Shown: positions 48,225-58,120 of the stretch, piece by piece
Position numbering within the stretch: the first letter of the stretch is position 1
Layout of the letters: each line of letters starts with the position of its first letter
DNA from: Candidatus Pacearchaeota archaeon
GTDB lineage: Archaea; Nanobdellota; Nanobdellia; Pacearchaeales; GW2011-AR1
Length of the DNA stretch: 60,553 nucleotides
Reading direction: 5' to 3'
NCBI GenBank assembly: GCA_016181895.1
Contig: JACOYL010000010.1
Span: 1-60,553, forward strand
The notes under the pieces: model-generated
What the model saw: only the letters and a program-made list of their open reading frames with translations
The model's database searches: none
Told to the model about the DNA's origin: nothing
Translations under genes and position numbers: made by a program

Positions 48225-49007
48225 TTATTGATTTCCTCCCGAACAATACTGCTCTTCAAAGCCCGCGGCAAATGAAAATGCAAAAGGCTCGTTGTTTATT
48301 TGAGATTGCTCGTCAATTAAAATGTAAATCTTGTTGCATTCGTCATAATTATCAATTGAGATGCCGACATCCTGATTCAGCAAAAACGTCAAGTCTGTTT
48401 CTCCGGGATTTTCTTTTATTTTTTCAACTAAAATTCTGGAAACATCAATTATATGACCCAATCTTGCGGGAATTTCATAGGAAAATTCAGAAAAGCCTGT
48501 TGAACTCCCATTTGTTGTTATGAAAACAGGATAATCAACATTAACTTCAACTTTGTCTTCTGAAATTTTTGTCTCGGAATTTATTCTTTCAATGTTTGCA
48601 TTTATGTAATAACCGTCTTCCTCAAAAATGGAAAAGTCAGAACACGATTCAGAAATCTTGTCATTTATGATTTTCGCAAGTTCTTTTTCGAAAAAACTTG
48701 TTTCTGGAATTAAAATCGCGCCTTCAAGATAATAATAATCTATTCTTGTAAATCCCGTATCCAGAGACTTGCTAGAAGATTCATAATATCCTTGCTGCAA
48801 TCCGAAGATTTCAAAGGAATCATAAATCGCCGATTCGATGCACTCATTAACATAAGCGTAAAGCGGAGAATCTAATTTTTCAGGGATTGTTTTAAAAATG
48901 GTTGTCTTAAAAACTTCCGGTTTTGCAATGAAAAAATAAACTCCAACGCTTGCAACTAAAACTATTGCAAGAATTACAAAAATCGCGATTTGTCCCTCCT
49001 TCTTCAT
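48225..49007 (-). CDS. class III signal-peptide (pilin-like) protein
   Basis: MKKEGQIAIFVILAIVLV N-terminus. Confidence 0.7.
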   Translation of the reverse strand: MKKEGQIAIFVILAIVLVASVGVYFFIAKPEVFKTTIFKTIPEKLDSPLYAYVNECIESAIYDSFEIFGLQQGYYESSSKSLDTGFTRIDYYYLEGAILIPETSFFEKELAKIINDKISESCSDFSIFEEDGYYINANIERINSETKISEDKVEVNVDYPVFITTNGSSTGFSEFSYEIPARLGHIIDVSRILVEKIKENPGETDLTFLLNQDVGISIDNYDECNKIYILIDEQSQINNEPFAFSFAAGFEEQYCSGGNQ

Positions 49008-49045
49008 GATTAAACAAAGGTTTATGCATTTTTTAAAATTGTGTG

Positions 49046-49480
49046 TTATTCTATCTTAATAACTGAAGGCAAATAAACCCCTAAAGAATTTGGATTTCCA
49101 TAAATTTCACCAAGCAAAAGCAATTTTTCCCAGCCGGCATTTCTTAAATGCACTAGGGCGTGTTTTTTTCTATGCTTGTCCTTATCTTTGGATTCCAGCA
49201 TATGTATAACGTCTTCAAGTTTTTTTGCCTCGATGTAATGCACCTTTCCAAAAAATTGCAATTCTTGGCGTATCTCTTCATCTAATGGTTTCCCGCCAAG
49301 CAATCTAATCGGCTTATAAGTATAAAAATGCATTTCTTCAGTTAACTCGCGCGCAAAAATATGTACGTCTGAATCTCTAAATCTGAATTCCTTAACAAAA
49401 GGAGTTATGTTTTCCATATTTGTCAGGAAAATCGTCGGTTTATAAAACCTATCTTTTGTTGCCGCCAACAAAATAACCAT
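49046..49480 (-). CDS. hypothetical protein
   Basis: 144-aa ORF; no motif recognised. Confidence 0.55.
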   Translation of the reverse strand: MVILLAATKDRFYKPTIFLTNMENITPFVKEFRFRDSDVHIFARELTEEMHFYTYKPIRLLGGKPLDEEIRQELQFFGKVHYIEAKKLEDVIHMLESKDKDKHRKKHALVHLRNAGWEKLLLLGEIYGNPNSLGVYLPSVIKIE

Positions 49481-49513
49481 AATCTTTAAAAACTAAAAAT
49501 TTAGATTAAAAGG

Positions 49514-49654
49514 ATGTGCGGAAGCGGTTTGGAACACAAGGCAGAAGGAAATTATGAAATTTCTCCAAGTGTAATAAAGGGAAGAACAGTTGATTATAGC
49601 GATTTCAGCATTTATTCAAAAGGAAAAAGTTATTCTTCAAATAATGATTATTAG
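49514..49654 (+). CDS. possible 46-aa protein
   Basis: Hand translation MCGSGLEHKAEGNYEIS...; precedes the 49668 ORF. Confidence 0.3.
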   Translation: MCGSGLEHKAEGNYEISPSVIKGRTVDYSDFSIYSKGKSYSSNNDY

Positions 49655-49667
49655 GAATTAAGAGAAA

Positions 49668-49925
49668 ATGAAAGACGTGCAAAAAATAGCGACTTACAAA
49701 GTAATAGGCAGTGATGAGATAGATTTTGAAAACGAATTGAAAAGACTCCCGGAAAGGCAGAGATTCATAATAGAAAATGAATCTTTTGATTTGCTCAGAA
49801 AAGAACATTCAATTCCCGAAATTAACAATATGAGTTCTGAAAATTACAGAGCATTAAAAATGGCTGCCATGAAAAGTGTTTTTGTAGATATGTATTCTGA
49901 ACATCTTGCCGGAAATATTTATTAA
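49668..49925 (+). CDS. hypothetical protein
   Basis: 85-aa ORF with AAAATG start context. Confidence 0.55.
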   Translation: MKDVQKIATYKVIGSDEIDFENELKRLPERQRFIIENESFDLLRKEHSIPEINNMSSENYRALKMAAMKSVFVDMYSEHLAGNIY

Positions 49926-50635
49926 AAACTGTCCAAAATCTCCTGTTCCAGAAAATGCAATTTCCCTGGAATAATAATACAAAACGGATTTTTGATAGTT
50001 ATATTATATAATTTTTCAAGTTTATTATAAAAAATCCTGCTATCCTTTGTTCCAAGCCTGCTGCATATAACTATCTTGTCCAATTTCAAATTTTTATCTT
50101 TAGCTGAAACTTTAAGTTGAGTTATAGAATCTTTTAATCCTAAATCAATATCAATTAAAATTAAAGTATGTGCGTTAATTAACTTGTTCTCCTTGATAAT
50201 TTCTATAAAACTATTCGGTGTAAAGTTATTGTCCCATTTCGGCATGCTCGCGATTTTGCCGAATTTATAAATCTGCAACCCTGTTTCCGCGACGGCGTCA
50301 AGAATCGAGGCAGAGTGAATTACCTTTGTTTTGATTTTTCTTTTCTTCGCCTCCTGAATCAAGGAAATGTGCGTCGTCGCCGTCAAAGGGCTCCCGTAAA
50401 CAAGAAGCGCAATATTGTATTTTTTTGAACCATCAAGAATTTTCAGGCTTTCAACAAATTCCCTGTCGGCGGGAATAAATTTCTTTTTTGGAAACTGTTT
50501 TTCCAAATCCTTGATTTTGTATGGAAATTCAACAGTATAAACTTCAATATAAATTTTCTTGGATTTCAATATTGCATCGTAAGCTTCTCTGCTGTATCCT
50601 TTTTCATTCAATCCCAAACCGATGAGGTAGAACAT
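49922..50635 (-). CDS. dph5: diphthine synthase
   Basis: MFYLIGLGL, YGSPLTATTH, GLQIYKFGK, HTLILID. Confidence 0.9.
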   Translation of the reverse strand: MFYLIGLGLNEKGYSREAYDAILKSKKIYIEVYTVEFPYKIKDLEKQFPKKKFIPADREFVESLKILDGSKKYNIALLVYGSPLTATTHISLIQEAKKRKIKTKVIHSASILDAVAETGLQIYKFGKIASMPKWDNNFTPNSFIEIIKENKLINAHTLILIDIDLGLKDSITQLKVSAKDKNLKLDKIVICSRLGTKDSRIFYNKLEKLYNITIKNPFCIIIPGKLHFLEQEILDSF

Positions 50636-50685
50636 GAAAAAACAAACTCTGTAATATTTATAAACCTTAAAATTCTAAATTAAAT

Positions 50686-51378
50686 ATGAAAAATTTTATC
50701 TTTTTTGTGACAATTTTGTTGTTTTTAGTCGCGCCGGTAATCGCCCAGGAAAATGAATTGGGAGATCCGGGAATAACTCCCGACAGCCCTTTTTATTTTT
50801 TAGACAGGATGTTTGACGGATTTCAAAGTGCCGAAGCTGTAGCAAATGAAAAAGCCGCGGAAACTCTGGCAATGGCAAGAGAAGCAAACGCAGAAGCATT
50901 GGGAAAAGCCGTTGAAAATTACAACAAGGCAATGGAAAGAAGACAGGCTCAATCGGAAGACGATGAAGAAGTTGCCGAAGAAATTGCAAGACAGGCGAGC
51001 ATGCATCTTGAAGTCTTGGCAAGAGTAAGGGGAGAAGTTCCCCAAGAAGCTTTGTTCGGAATTGACACCGCTCTGGAAACCAGCGCTAGAGGAAGAGAAA
51101 GTTCTATTGATTCTTTAAGGGAATTAAATCCTTCAAGAGGCGAAGAAGTTGCAAGGGAAACAATCCAAACAATAATGCAAGATGCTCCCGAAGAAGCATT
51201 GGAGGGATTGAATAAAACCCTATCGTCAATCGGTTCGCAAGATTTGAATGTGGTAAGAGAAAGAAATCAAGAAACAGACACTGAAGGAGAAGCAACGGAA
51301 AATTCATCTACACAACAAGAAACAGCGACGGCGCAAACAAATCAACCAATCCCTGTAAATCAGGGTTCTTCATATTGA
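50686..51378 (+). CDS. secreted helical protein (DUF5667-like)
   Basis: signal peptide; PGITPDSPFYFLDR. Confidence 0.7.
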   Translation: MKNFIFFVTILLFLVAPVIAQENELGDPGITPDSPFYFLDRMFDGFQSAEAVANEKAAETLAMAREANAEALGKAVENYNKAMERRQAQSEDDEEVAEEIARQASMHLEVLARVRGEVPQEALFGIDTALETSARGRESSIDSLRELNPSRGEEVARETIQTIMQDAPEEALEGLNKTLSSIGSQDLNVVRERNQETDTEGEATENSSTQQETATAQTNQPIPVNQGSSY

Positions 51379-51728
51379 CTGTAATATAATAATTATAAAT
51401 CTTAAAATTATAGTAATAAAAGCGAAGGTTTGGATTTTTCGCGACAACTTCTCTCAGAAGTTTTCTGTGGGAAGGAAAATCAATAAATCTTTATTTGTTC
51501 AACAATGCATTCAATCTTCTCAATATATTGATGGTTTCCGGAATTCTTAGCGTTTGGCAGCAGAATTATTTCCGGGATATTTTTTCCGCGTCTTCTTTAA
51601 TCAATGGAGCGAGATTATTGGAAGTGATTGTACAGCTTTGGTCTGAAGAACCGAGCCTGGCATATTCCAAGATATCAACCAAAACCATTTCCGGATGCAT
51701 GGTTTGAAGTTTTCCGAGATATGAAAAA

Positions 51729-52088
51729 TTATCTTGTAGAAACTCTTTTATCAAAACCTGGCAAGATGCTTCCTTTAGGTAAACTCTTACCGCTAACTAA
51801 AAAAGCCCCATAACTTGCCAACTCTTTAGCCGTAAGTTTGTTATCAAAATCAGTTAACCTATCGGCACTGTCCAAGATTTCAGCGGTTGACATTCTTGGT
51901 TCTTTATAATTAATCATATCAGAAATTATACCAAGAGCAAGCATTGCTTTTTCTTCAACCAAATACCTCCCTATTATTACATATTCCGGAGAACTTTGGG
52001 CATAAACATTTCCTGCAGTTTCCGCAAGCATCGCGATTCCCGCGGCAAAAAGAACAACCCTTTTTGCAATTTTTCCTGTTAAACTCAT
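51729..52088 (-). CDS. hypothetical secreted protein
   Basis: signal-like N-terminus ending VYA. Confidence 0.55.
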   Translation of the reverse strand: MSLTGKIAKRVVLFAAGIAMLAETAGNVYAQSSPEYVIIGRYLVEEKAMLALGIISDMINYKEPRMSTAEILDSADRLTDFDNKLTAKELASYGAFLVSGKSLPKGSILPGFDKRVSTR

Positions 52089-52198
52089 AAAAAAACTTTC
52101 AAATAAAACTATTTAAATCTTTCTATTGTAACTACTTTAAAATTAATAAAATATTATATAAAACTGAGTATCTTAAAAATAGATAAGAGGTGATAAAG

Positions 52199-52231
52199 GT
52201 GGCTAAAAAGAAAAAGAAGAAAAGCAGATAA
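52199..52231 (+). CDS. putative lysine-rich micropeptide (MAKKKKKKSR)
   Basis: GAGGTGA SD 5 nt before GTG; TATA-like ATTATATAAAA upstream. Confidence 0.35.
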   Translation: MAKKKKKKSR

Positions 52232-52263
52232 TTGCTTGGAAATCCTTATTACTTCTTAATTTT

Positions 52264-52503
52264 TTATTTTTTTCTCAAACTTCTGCTTGCTGTGATTGCA
52301 ATAAAAAGAAACGTGAAAAGAAGGTAATCGTTTTTTAAATAAAGTGAAACCCCGGCTCCGAAAATCCCAATCAATATCAAAACCTTGAACCATTTCTGTC
52401 CTTCTTTCAATTCTTCCTTCGTTAGTCTCGCTATGAAAGAGCCTATTGGAATTCCGAGAAGGAGGACAGCAATTCCGATGAGTAATTTCAATAATTCAGA
52501 CAT
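52264..52503 (-). CDS. small three-TM membrane protein
   Basis: hydrophobic helices; ELKEGQKWF. Confidence 0.7.
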   Translation of the reverse strand: MSELLKLLIGIAVLLLGIPIGSFIARLTKEELKEGQKWFKVLILIGIFGAGVSLYLKNDYLLFTFLFIAITASRSLRKK

Positions 52504-52553
52504 ATATCTTTTTGTGCGAATAAGTTTATAAATTTCTCTGAGAAATTAGAAAA

Positions 52554-53453
52554 ATGCAAACCCTGAAAGAAAAATGGCTTGAATCTGTTGAAAGAAAAAA
52601 TTCTATTCTTTGTGCCGGTTTGGATCCTGCTGAATTTGGATTGAAAAGAAGAAACAAAGGACTGCCTGAAGGTGTGGACAAGGTTGAATGGTCATTAAAA
52701 TATCTTGAAGCAGTCGCCCCTTATTGCGCCGCACTGAAGCCAAATATTAAATATTGGGGAGGTGAAAAAGATATAATAGGATTGAAAGCCGAGATAATTC
52801 CAAAGGCTCATGAATTGGGATTGATTGTAATTGACGATTACAAAGCCGCGGATTTGAATGAAACAAATGAATCTGGAATATACTTTAATGTACAAATGGG
52901 TTTTGATGCTTTGACAATTGCTCCTTACGGGGGAAACATGGAAGGGACTGCAAAGTTATGTAAGAAATGGGATATCGGAGCAATAACAATGTGCTTGATG
53001 AGCAATCCAGAAAATAAAAGAGAAAAAGATATGCTGGTTGGCTTAACATATGACGAGGAAAAGGAATATGACAAAGAGGATATTTACAAATACGAGGTGT
53101 ATGGCGGAGAATCTCGTTTCGTTAGTAGGTACATCCAACTTGCGCATGATGCCGCTAAATTCGGATTGGATGGGGTTGTCGTTGGAGCGCCAAGTCCTGA
53201 TAATCATATAACAAACAAAGAATTGTTAAATATTAGCAGATATGTTAATGACAAAATGCTTGTTTTATGTCCTGGTCTTGGAGAGCAAGGAGGAGAAGCC
53301 CACTCTATTCTGAATTGTTTTGGCAGAGATAATGTAATAGTAAATGTCGGAAGAGGATTGATGTTTCCAAAAGGTTCTTATTCAACTCCTGAAGAACAGG
53401 CGAAAGCCGCGAGATTTTACAAGGATATGCTGAACGAAAAGAGAACAATATAA
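52554..53453 (+). CDS. pyrF: orotidine 5'-phosphate decarboxylase
   Basis: LCAGLDP, LKPN, DYKAAD (DxKxxD), SNP, PGLGEQGG, NVGR. Confidence 0.88.
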   Translation: MQTLKEKWLESVERKNSILCAGLDPAEFGLKRRNKGLPEGVDKVEWSLKYLEAVAPYCAALKPNIKYWGGEKDIIGLKAEIIPKAHELGLIVIDDYKAADLNETNESGIYFNVQMGFDALTIAPYGGNMEGTAKLCKKWDIGAITMCLMSNPENKREKDMLVGLTYDEEKEYDKEDIYKYEVYGGESRFVSRYIQLAHDAAKFGLDGVVVGAPSPDNHITNKELLNISRYVNDKMLVLCPGLGEQGGEAHSILNCFGRDNVIVNVGRGLMFPKGSYSTPEEQAKAARFYKDMLNEKRTI

Positions 53454-53504
53454 TCAAAAATTGAATTCAATAATCTTTAAATCCCCGCCTTTTCTAAAAA
53501 TTTC

Positions 53505-54338
53505 ATGTACAGAAAATTTTTAATCGTGGCGAGCAAGAAGGACAAGGCGGGAATAAACATAACCACGCAACTTTCACAATTCAGGAAAAATCCGCTTGTT
53601 TCTGTTCTGCAAAAAGATGAAAAAGGGTTTGACTTTTACCTTGTTGACGACGAAATTCTCTACAATAAAAACCTGGATATGGAGAAAATCAACAAGTATG
53701 ATTTTATAATTTTCGCATCAAGGCACAGTTCCGGGAAAGGGGAAAAGGCGATAACAATTCACACGCCCGGAAATCCAAGAGATGCAAAATTCGGGGGAGA
53801 ACCGGGAAAGATTTCAAAAACCTCTGCGTTGTTTCTTAAACAATTGTTTGAAAAACTCAATGCAAATGCGGAAAAGCATTTGCTGAAAGAATATGACATA
53901 ACAATGGAAGCAACCCATCACGGGCCCTTGATTGAAACAAAACCCTGTTTGTTCATTGAAATCGGAAGCACGGAATTTGAATATTCAGACAGAAGAATAG
54001 GATTCATCGTCGCTAAAACTCTTTCCGATGCAATTGATTCTTTCCGCGAAAATCCGTACAATGAAATCGCCATAGCCTTGGGCGGTCCGCATTACTGCCC
54101 GAACTTCAACAAAATCCAGGAAAAATCAAACGTCGCGATTTCCCATGTGATTCCGTCTTACATTGGCGAAATAACAGAGGCGATGATTTTGGAAGCGATA
54201 AAAAAAACAGAAGAGGAAATCGACTTTGCGATTTTGGATTGGAAGGGTTTTAAAAATTCAGAGGAAAGGGACAAAGTCGTTAAAATTCTGGAAAAAAATT
54301 ACATTCCGTGGAAAAAAACAAGCGAGATAAGAAAGTGA
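53505..54338 (+). CDS. dtdA: archaeal D-aminoacyl-tRNA deacylase (DTD2)
   Basis: FASRH, HTPGN, EATHHGP, FIEIGS, GGPHY. Confidence 0.92.
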   Translation: MYRKFLIVASKKDKAGINITTQLSQFRKNPLVSVLQKDEKGFDFYLVDDEILYNKNLDMEKINKYDFIIFASRHSSGKGEKAITIHTPGNPRDAKFGGEPGKISKTSALFLKQLFEKLNANAEKHLLKEYDITMEATHHGPLIETKPCLFIEIGSTEFEYSDRRIGFIVAKTLSDAIDSFRENPYNEIAIALGGPHYCPNFNKIQEKSNVAISHVIPSYIGEITEAMILEAIKKTEEEIDFAILDWKGFKNSEERDKVVKILEKNYIPWKKTSEIRK

Positions 54339-54674
54339 TTATCTATATCCCCTATAACCTATTGCTACTCTGCCCGTTACTCTTTCAAGATATATAAAAC
54401 CGCGTTTTTCATAATCAAATTCTTGTGTAACAGTTATTGTCTTGCAAACTTCCAATCCTTCATCAAACGTTCTAACGAGATTCATATTGTAAAATTTTTT
54501 GGCAACCTCTTCTTCGGTTAAAATAATTCTTCTTTTTTTGCCCAACAATTTCTTCATATAAATTGCAAAAGTTTCCATTCCTTCATCTCTTAATTGTTCT
54601 GAGGTTATACCTCGTCCGTTATTTCTATGAGAACGCGCTAATTTTTTAAAGAGGCTATCCAAAGTAACAACCAT
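54339..54674 (-). CDS. hypothetical protein
   Basis: 111-aa ORF downstream of cstA. Confidence 0.55.
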   Translation of the reverse strand: MVVTLDSLFKKLARSHRNNGRGITSEQLRDEGMETFAIYMKKLLGKKRRIILTEEEVAKKFYNMNLVRTFDEGLEVCKTITVTQEFDYEKRGFIYLERVTGRVAIGYRGYR

Positions 54675-54722
54675 AAGTTTCTTCAGAATTATTTATTTAT
54701 AAGTTTTTATCTACTGGAATAG

Positions 54723-56357
54723 TTATTTCCTTCCTTTCCAAAGATGCTCAAAACCTTCCCACGCAACCAAAAGCCCGAGGACAAACATTCCCATTGAAAT
54801 CACGGCAAGAACATAATTGCCGCTGAAGAAATAACCTTCTGCTCTGAAAGTCAAATAAAGCAAAGCAGACATCGTGGTTATTAGGACAAACAATGCCGGA
54901 ATGATGATGAATTTCACTTTCTTGATTCCCTTTGAAACGAAATAAGATGAAACAGTTATCATTGTTATCGAAGCAATAAGTTGGTTTGAGCTGCCGAAAA
55001 GCCTCCATAAAACTTCGTAAGAATTTGTCACGGCAAGAAACCAGGAAGGAACCAAAATTAAAAGAGTGATTAATATCTTGTTTTTTCTCAATTTCGGAAT
55101 TAAAGTTTCAGAGACAATGAACCTGCTCAGTCTTGCCGAAGTGTCGACAGAAGTCAAAATAAATTGGTTAACCATGAACGCCCCGAGCAGGCTTGCGACG
55201 GAAATTGTAATCAGTGGAATTCCAATGTCTCCGACGATGTTTCCGTATCCCGAGGAGAATAAAACAATCCAACTTTTGCCGAATTCAAACTGGAAGCTTC
55301 CTTCTCCGGAACCCCAAGCCAATCCCGCTATTGCAACAAGAGTCACCAAAACAGCCAATGTTGCCTCGCCGAGCATTGAACCATATCCGACAGATTTCCC
55401 GTGCGATTCTTTTGCCAACTGCTTGCTCGTCGTTCCGCTTGCGACAAGCCCGTGAAAACCAGAAATCGCGCCGCACGCAACCGTAATAAATAAAATCGGC
55501 CACAAAGGAAAAACAGAATTTGAAATCAGCGAAGGCGCATTTATTATCGGCTGAACAAGCAGAATTCCCAAAACCCCCAAAACTAAAATCACGGACATTT
55601 GAATCGCGCTCAGATAGTCCCTCGGCCTTAGGAGCATCCACACCGGAGCAATGGATGCAATTCCCGCATACAACAAGATAATTGTTATCAGCAAATTTTT
55701 CAGCAGCGCCTGATTCATGAAAGACAAATCAATCGGATATTTCACGCCTATGAAAACAGACGCGAAAATCAATATCAACGCAACCAATGTGGAAATTCTG
55801 TAATCCCATTTGTATTTCTCAACGCCGATTCCAAGAATCAAGGCGAGGATTGTTATGGTTATTAGGGGAATTATCAAATCTGTTTTGTATATTATGCTCT
55901 CTGCGGTTGAAACGGAGAAAACAGTTATTATCAAGATCAAAGTCACTAAAATCATAATACCGGCAAGAATCCCGGATTTTTTGCTCAATGTTTTTTTCGC
56001 AATGCTTGAAATTCCCTCTGCTTTGTTCCTGACGGAAGCAATAAGGCTTGTGTAATCGTGCATCGCTCCGATGAAAACCGAGCCGATTGCGACCCACAAG
56101 AGGGTTGGAAGCCAGCCGAAATAATTCACCGCAAGAATCGGCCCTATAATCGGCCCCGCTCCCGCAATCGAAGCAAAATGATGTCCGATTAAAAAAGGCT
56201 TTCTCGACGGAGAAAAATCAACATTGTCTCTTTTCGATACGGCGGGAGTTTTGTTCCTGTCGCTGATTTTCAACCTTTTCTCTATGAATCTTCCGTAAAA
56301 TCTGTAAGCCAAAAAAAACCAAACCCCCACAATTACCACAATCCAGATTGAATTCAT
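54723..56357 (-). CDS. cstA: carbon starvation protein A family transporter
   Basis: GHHFASIAGAGPI, DYTSL, TVACGAISGFH, YGSML.E. Confidence 0.93.
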   Translation of the reverse strand: MNSIWIVVIVGVWFFLAYRFYGRFIEKRLKISDRNKTPAVSKRDNVDFSPSRKPFLIGHHFASIAGAGPIIGPILAVNYFGWLPTLLWVAIGSVFIGAMHDYTSLIASVRNKAEGISSIAKKTLSKKSGILAGIMILVTLILIITVFSVSTAESIIYKTDLIIPLITITILALILGIGVEKYKWDYRISTLVALILIFASVFIGVKYPIDLSFMNQALLKNLLITIILLYAGIASIAPVWMLLRPRDYLSAIQMSVILVLGVLGILLVQPIINAPSLISNSVFPLWPILFITVACGAISGFHGLVASGTTSKQLAKESHGKSVGYGSMLGEATLAVLVTLVAIAGLAWGSGEGSFQFEFGKSWIVLFSSGYGNIVGDIGIPLITISVASLLGAFMVNQFILTSVDTSARLSRFIVSETLIPKLRKNKILITLLILVPSWFLAVTNSYEVLWRLFGSSNQLIASITMITVSSYFVSKGIKKVKFIIIPALFVLITTMSALLYLTFRAEGYFFSGNYVLAVISMGMFVLGLLVAWEGFEHLWKGRK

Positions 56358-56434
56358 TTAGCACCTCGGTAAAGAAAAAAGAAAATGAATTTATATAGTT
56401 ACCTTTAAAAACAAATCTCTAATGTCTTTATTAT

Positions 56435-56552
56435 AGCAGGGTGGAGCAGTCTGGAGTGCTCGTGGGGCCCATAAACACGTTTAATTCAAAAATGAAAAAA
56501 CAAAAAGTTTAGGAAACCCCAAGGTCGCGTGGTTCAAATCCCGCCCCTGCTA
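56435..56552 (+). tRNA. initiator tRNA-Met(CAU) with a ~42-nt intron (56474-56515)
   Basis: A1:U72 acceptor AGCAGGG/CCCTGCT, A11:U24, consecutive G:C pairs in the anticodon stem, CAT anticodon. Confidence 0.88.
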
Positions 56553-56658
56553 TTTTTGCCTGCAAAAATGTTGTGTGACAAATTTTCGGGTCTGCTATTT
56601 TATAATTATCAAAATTCTGTTTCATAATTTTTATATATCCTCTTATTTCAAAAATATC

Positions 56659-56889
56659 ATGGGTTCAGTGGAAGACGCGGTTAACAAATATCTGAAAGGA
56701 CTTTCCCATGGAACTTATTTATGCGCGGTGGCTATTGCCGAAGATATTTCCCAAGACACGGGATACGCTCCCAAAGAAATATTGGACGCTTTCGAGCAAA
56801 TAAGTCATCAAGAAAACAATGGTTTTAATCTGTTGGGATTTAAAGGATTTAAAAGAGAAGTGTATTACTTTGAAAGAAAAACCAAGTGA
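56659..56889 (+). CDS. hypothetical protein between two tRNAs
   Basis: MGSVEDAV..., 76 aa, start reassigned. Confidence 0.5.
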   Translation: MGSVEDAVNKYLKGLSHGTYLCAVAIAEDISQDTGYAPKEILDAFEQISHQENNGFNLLGFKGFKREVYYFERKTK

Positions 56890-56928
56890 GAAAACCTTAA
56901 AAGTTGCTAATTCTGTATTTTTGTATCG

Positions 56929-57009
56929 GCCCAGTTCGCATAATGGTATTGCACCGGATTGCTAATCCGGGCCCTTCGGGGCTCGCAGGTTCGATTCCTG
57001 CACTGGGCG
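56929..57009 (+). tRNA. tRNA-Ser(GCU)
   Basis: GCCCAGT/ACTGGGC, CCGGA-TT-GCT-AA-TCCGG, long variable arm GCCC-TTCG-GGGC, G73. Confidence 0.95.
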
Positions 57010-57027
57010 TAAAACCTAAAAAAGAAA

Positions 57028-57753
57028 ATGGATGAAGATTTAAATCTTTGGAAAAAAGAATTTAGAGAAAGTAAAGATTGGAAAGAAAAAAGGGAAAAAT
57101 TTATTGTAGAAAAAGGGAGAAAATGTGAATGGTGTGGTTCCACAGAATTTTTAACACCAGCTCATAAAGATTGTTGTATTCCATTAAAGATTCAATTTAA
57201 CGATAAAGAATTTAATACAAACTTTATAATTCTTAATAGCGCATTAAAAACTAATTATTATATGATTTTTAATGATTATTTAAGAGAGATAATAATTAAA
57301 GACTTACCAAAAGAATATTTTAAGAAAGATAAAAATTCTGAAAATGGAACTTCATCAAGCAAATTAAAAAAAGACGCTTGGAAGAATCTTTACCAAAATG
57401 AAGAAATTAGAAGAATTCTCAATCCAGTTGTAGAGAAAACAAATAACATTTTCAAAGAATGGTATTCAAATTTTGATAATTGTTTATTATTATGTAGAAG
57501 ATGTCATTATGCACAGAGTAAAGGTCAGTTTTTATGTGGATGCAAAAAAAGTTATTATTTCATTGAACATGGTTCTTGCCCAAACTGTTATCCAAAAGAG
57601 AAAAAAGAAAAGATAACAAAAAGGAAGAAAGAAGAAGAGGAATTTATAAAAGAACAAGAAAAATTTGAGAGAGAAATAGATGAAAGGGAAAAAAGGATGT
57701 TTGAAAAGTTAGAAGCAATGGAAAAGCAAAATAAAAGGATAAAAAGAATTTAA
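57028..57753 (+). CDS. HNH-like Zn-binding protein with a large insertion
   Basis: WKEKR...CEWCG...H and distant LLLCRRCH; extra Cys cluster; charged tail. Confidence 0.6.
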   Translation: MDEDLNLWKKEFRESKDWKEKREKFIVEKGRKCEWCGSTEFLTPAHKDCCIPLKIQFNDKEFNTNFIILNSALKTNYYMIFNDYLREIIIKDLPKEYFKKDKNSENGTSSSKLKKDAWKNLYQNEEIRRILNPVVEKTNNIFKEWYSNFDNCLLLCRRCHYAQSKGQFLCGCKKSYYFIEHGSCPNCYPKEKKEKITKRKKEEEEFIKEQEKFEREIDEREKRMFEKLEAMEKQNKRIKRI

Positions 57754-57755
57754 CA

Positions 57756-57821
57756 TCACTTCCCCTTCACCATCTTCCCCAATTTCCCCTTCCCCACCAA
57801 TTCAATCATTATGTCCGCGCC
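57756..57821 (-). repeat. displaced grxD 3' end
   Basis: GADIMIELVGKGKLGKMVKGK* versus the grxD end GADILVELAGKGELGKMVGK*. Confidence 0.85.
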
Positions 57822-57871
57822 AGTTAGGAACAAATTCACTCCGATAACAACAAAGGCATTAATTAACGCAA

Positions 57872-58120
57872 CTAAGAATCAGAGATGGAGATGTCCAAAG
57901 GAATAGACATGTTCAATCTTTTAAGAATTGTTTTCAGTATTTCTGTTCTTTTTCCGAACGCCACAATGCCTATGCTCTTCACTTCATTTGTTTTTGAATC
58001 TCGAGTTATCAAAACTTCCGAATCCAATTTTTCAGTATATTCTGTTTTTGGCGGAACTCCAAATGATACTTCCAAATAATCTCCTTCTTCATCGTAATAA
58101 ATGTCAACCGATTCTTTCAT
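57872..58120 (-). CDS. orphan DUF2283-like antitoxin
   Basis: IYYDEEGDYLEV...SIGIVAF. Confidence 0.78.
   Translation of the reverse strand: MKESVDIYYDEEGDYLEVSFGVPPKTEYTEKLDSEVLITRDSKTNEVKSIGIVAFGKRTEILKTILKRLNMSIPLDISISDS

Noticed and set aside
49540-49600. Possible displaced dph5 3' end
   Set aside because: Similarity is weak and the frame is not preserved
51470-51754. Minus-strand 62-aa ORF with a possible continuation past its stop
   Set aside because: No recognisable family; cannot separate a pseudogene from noise
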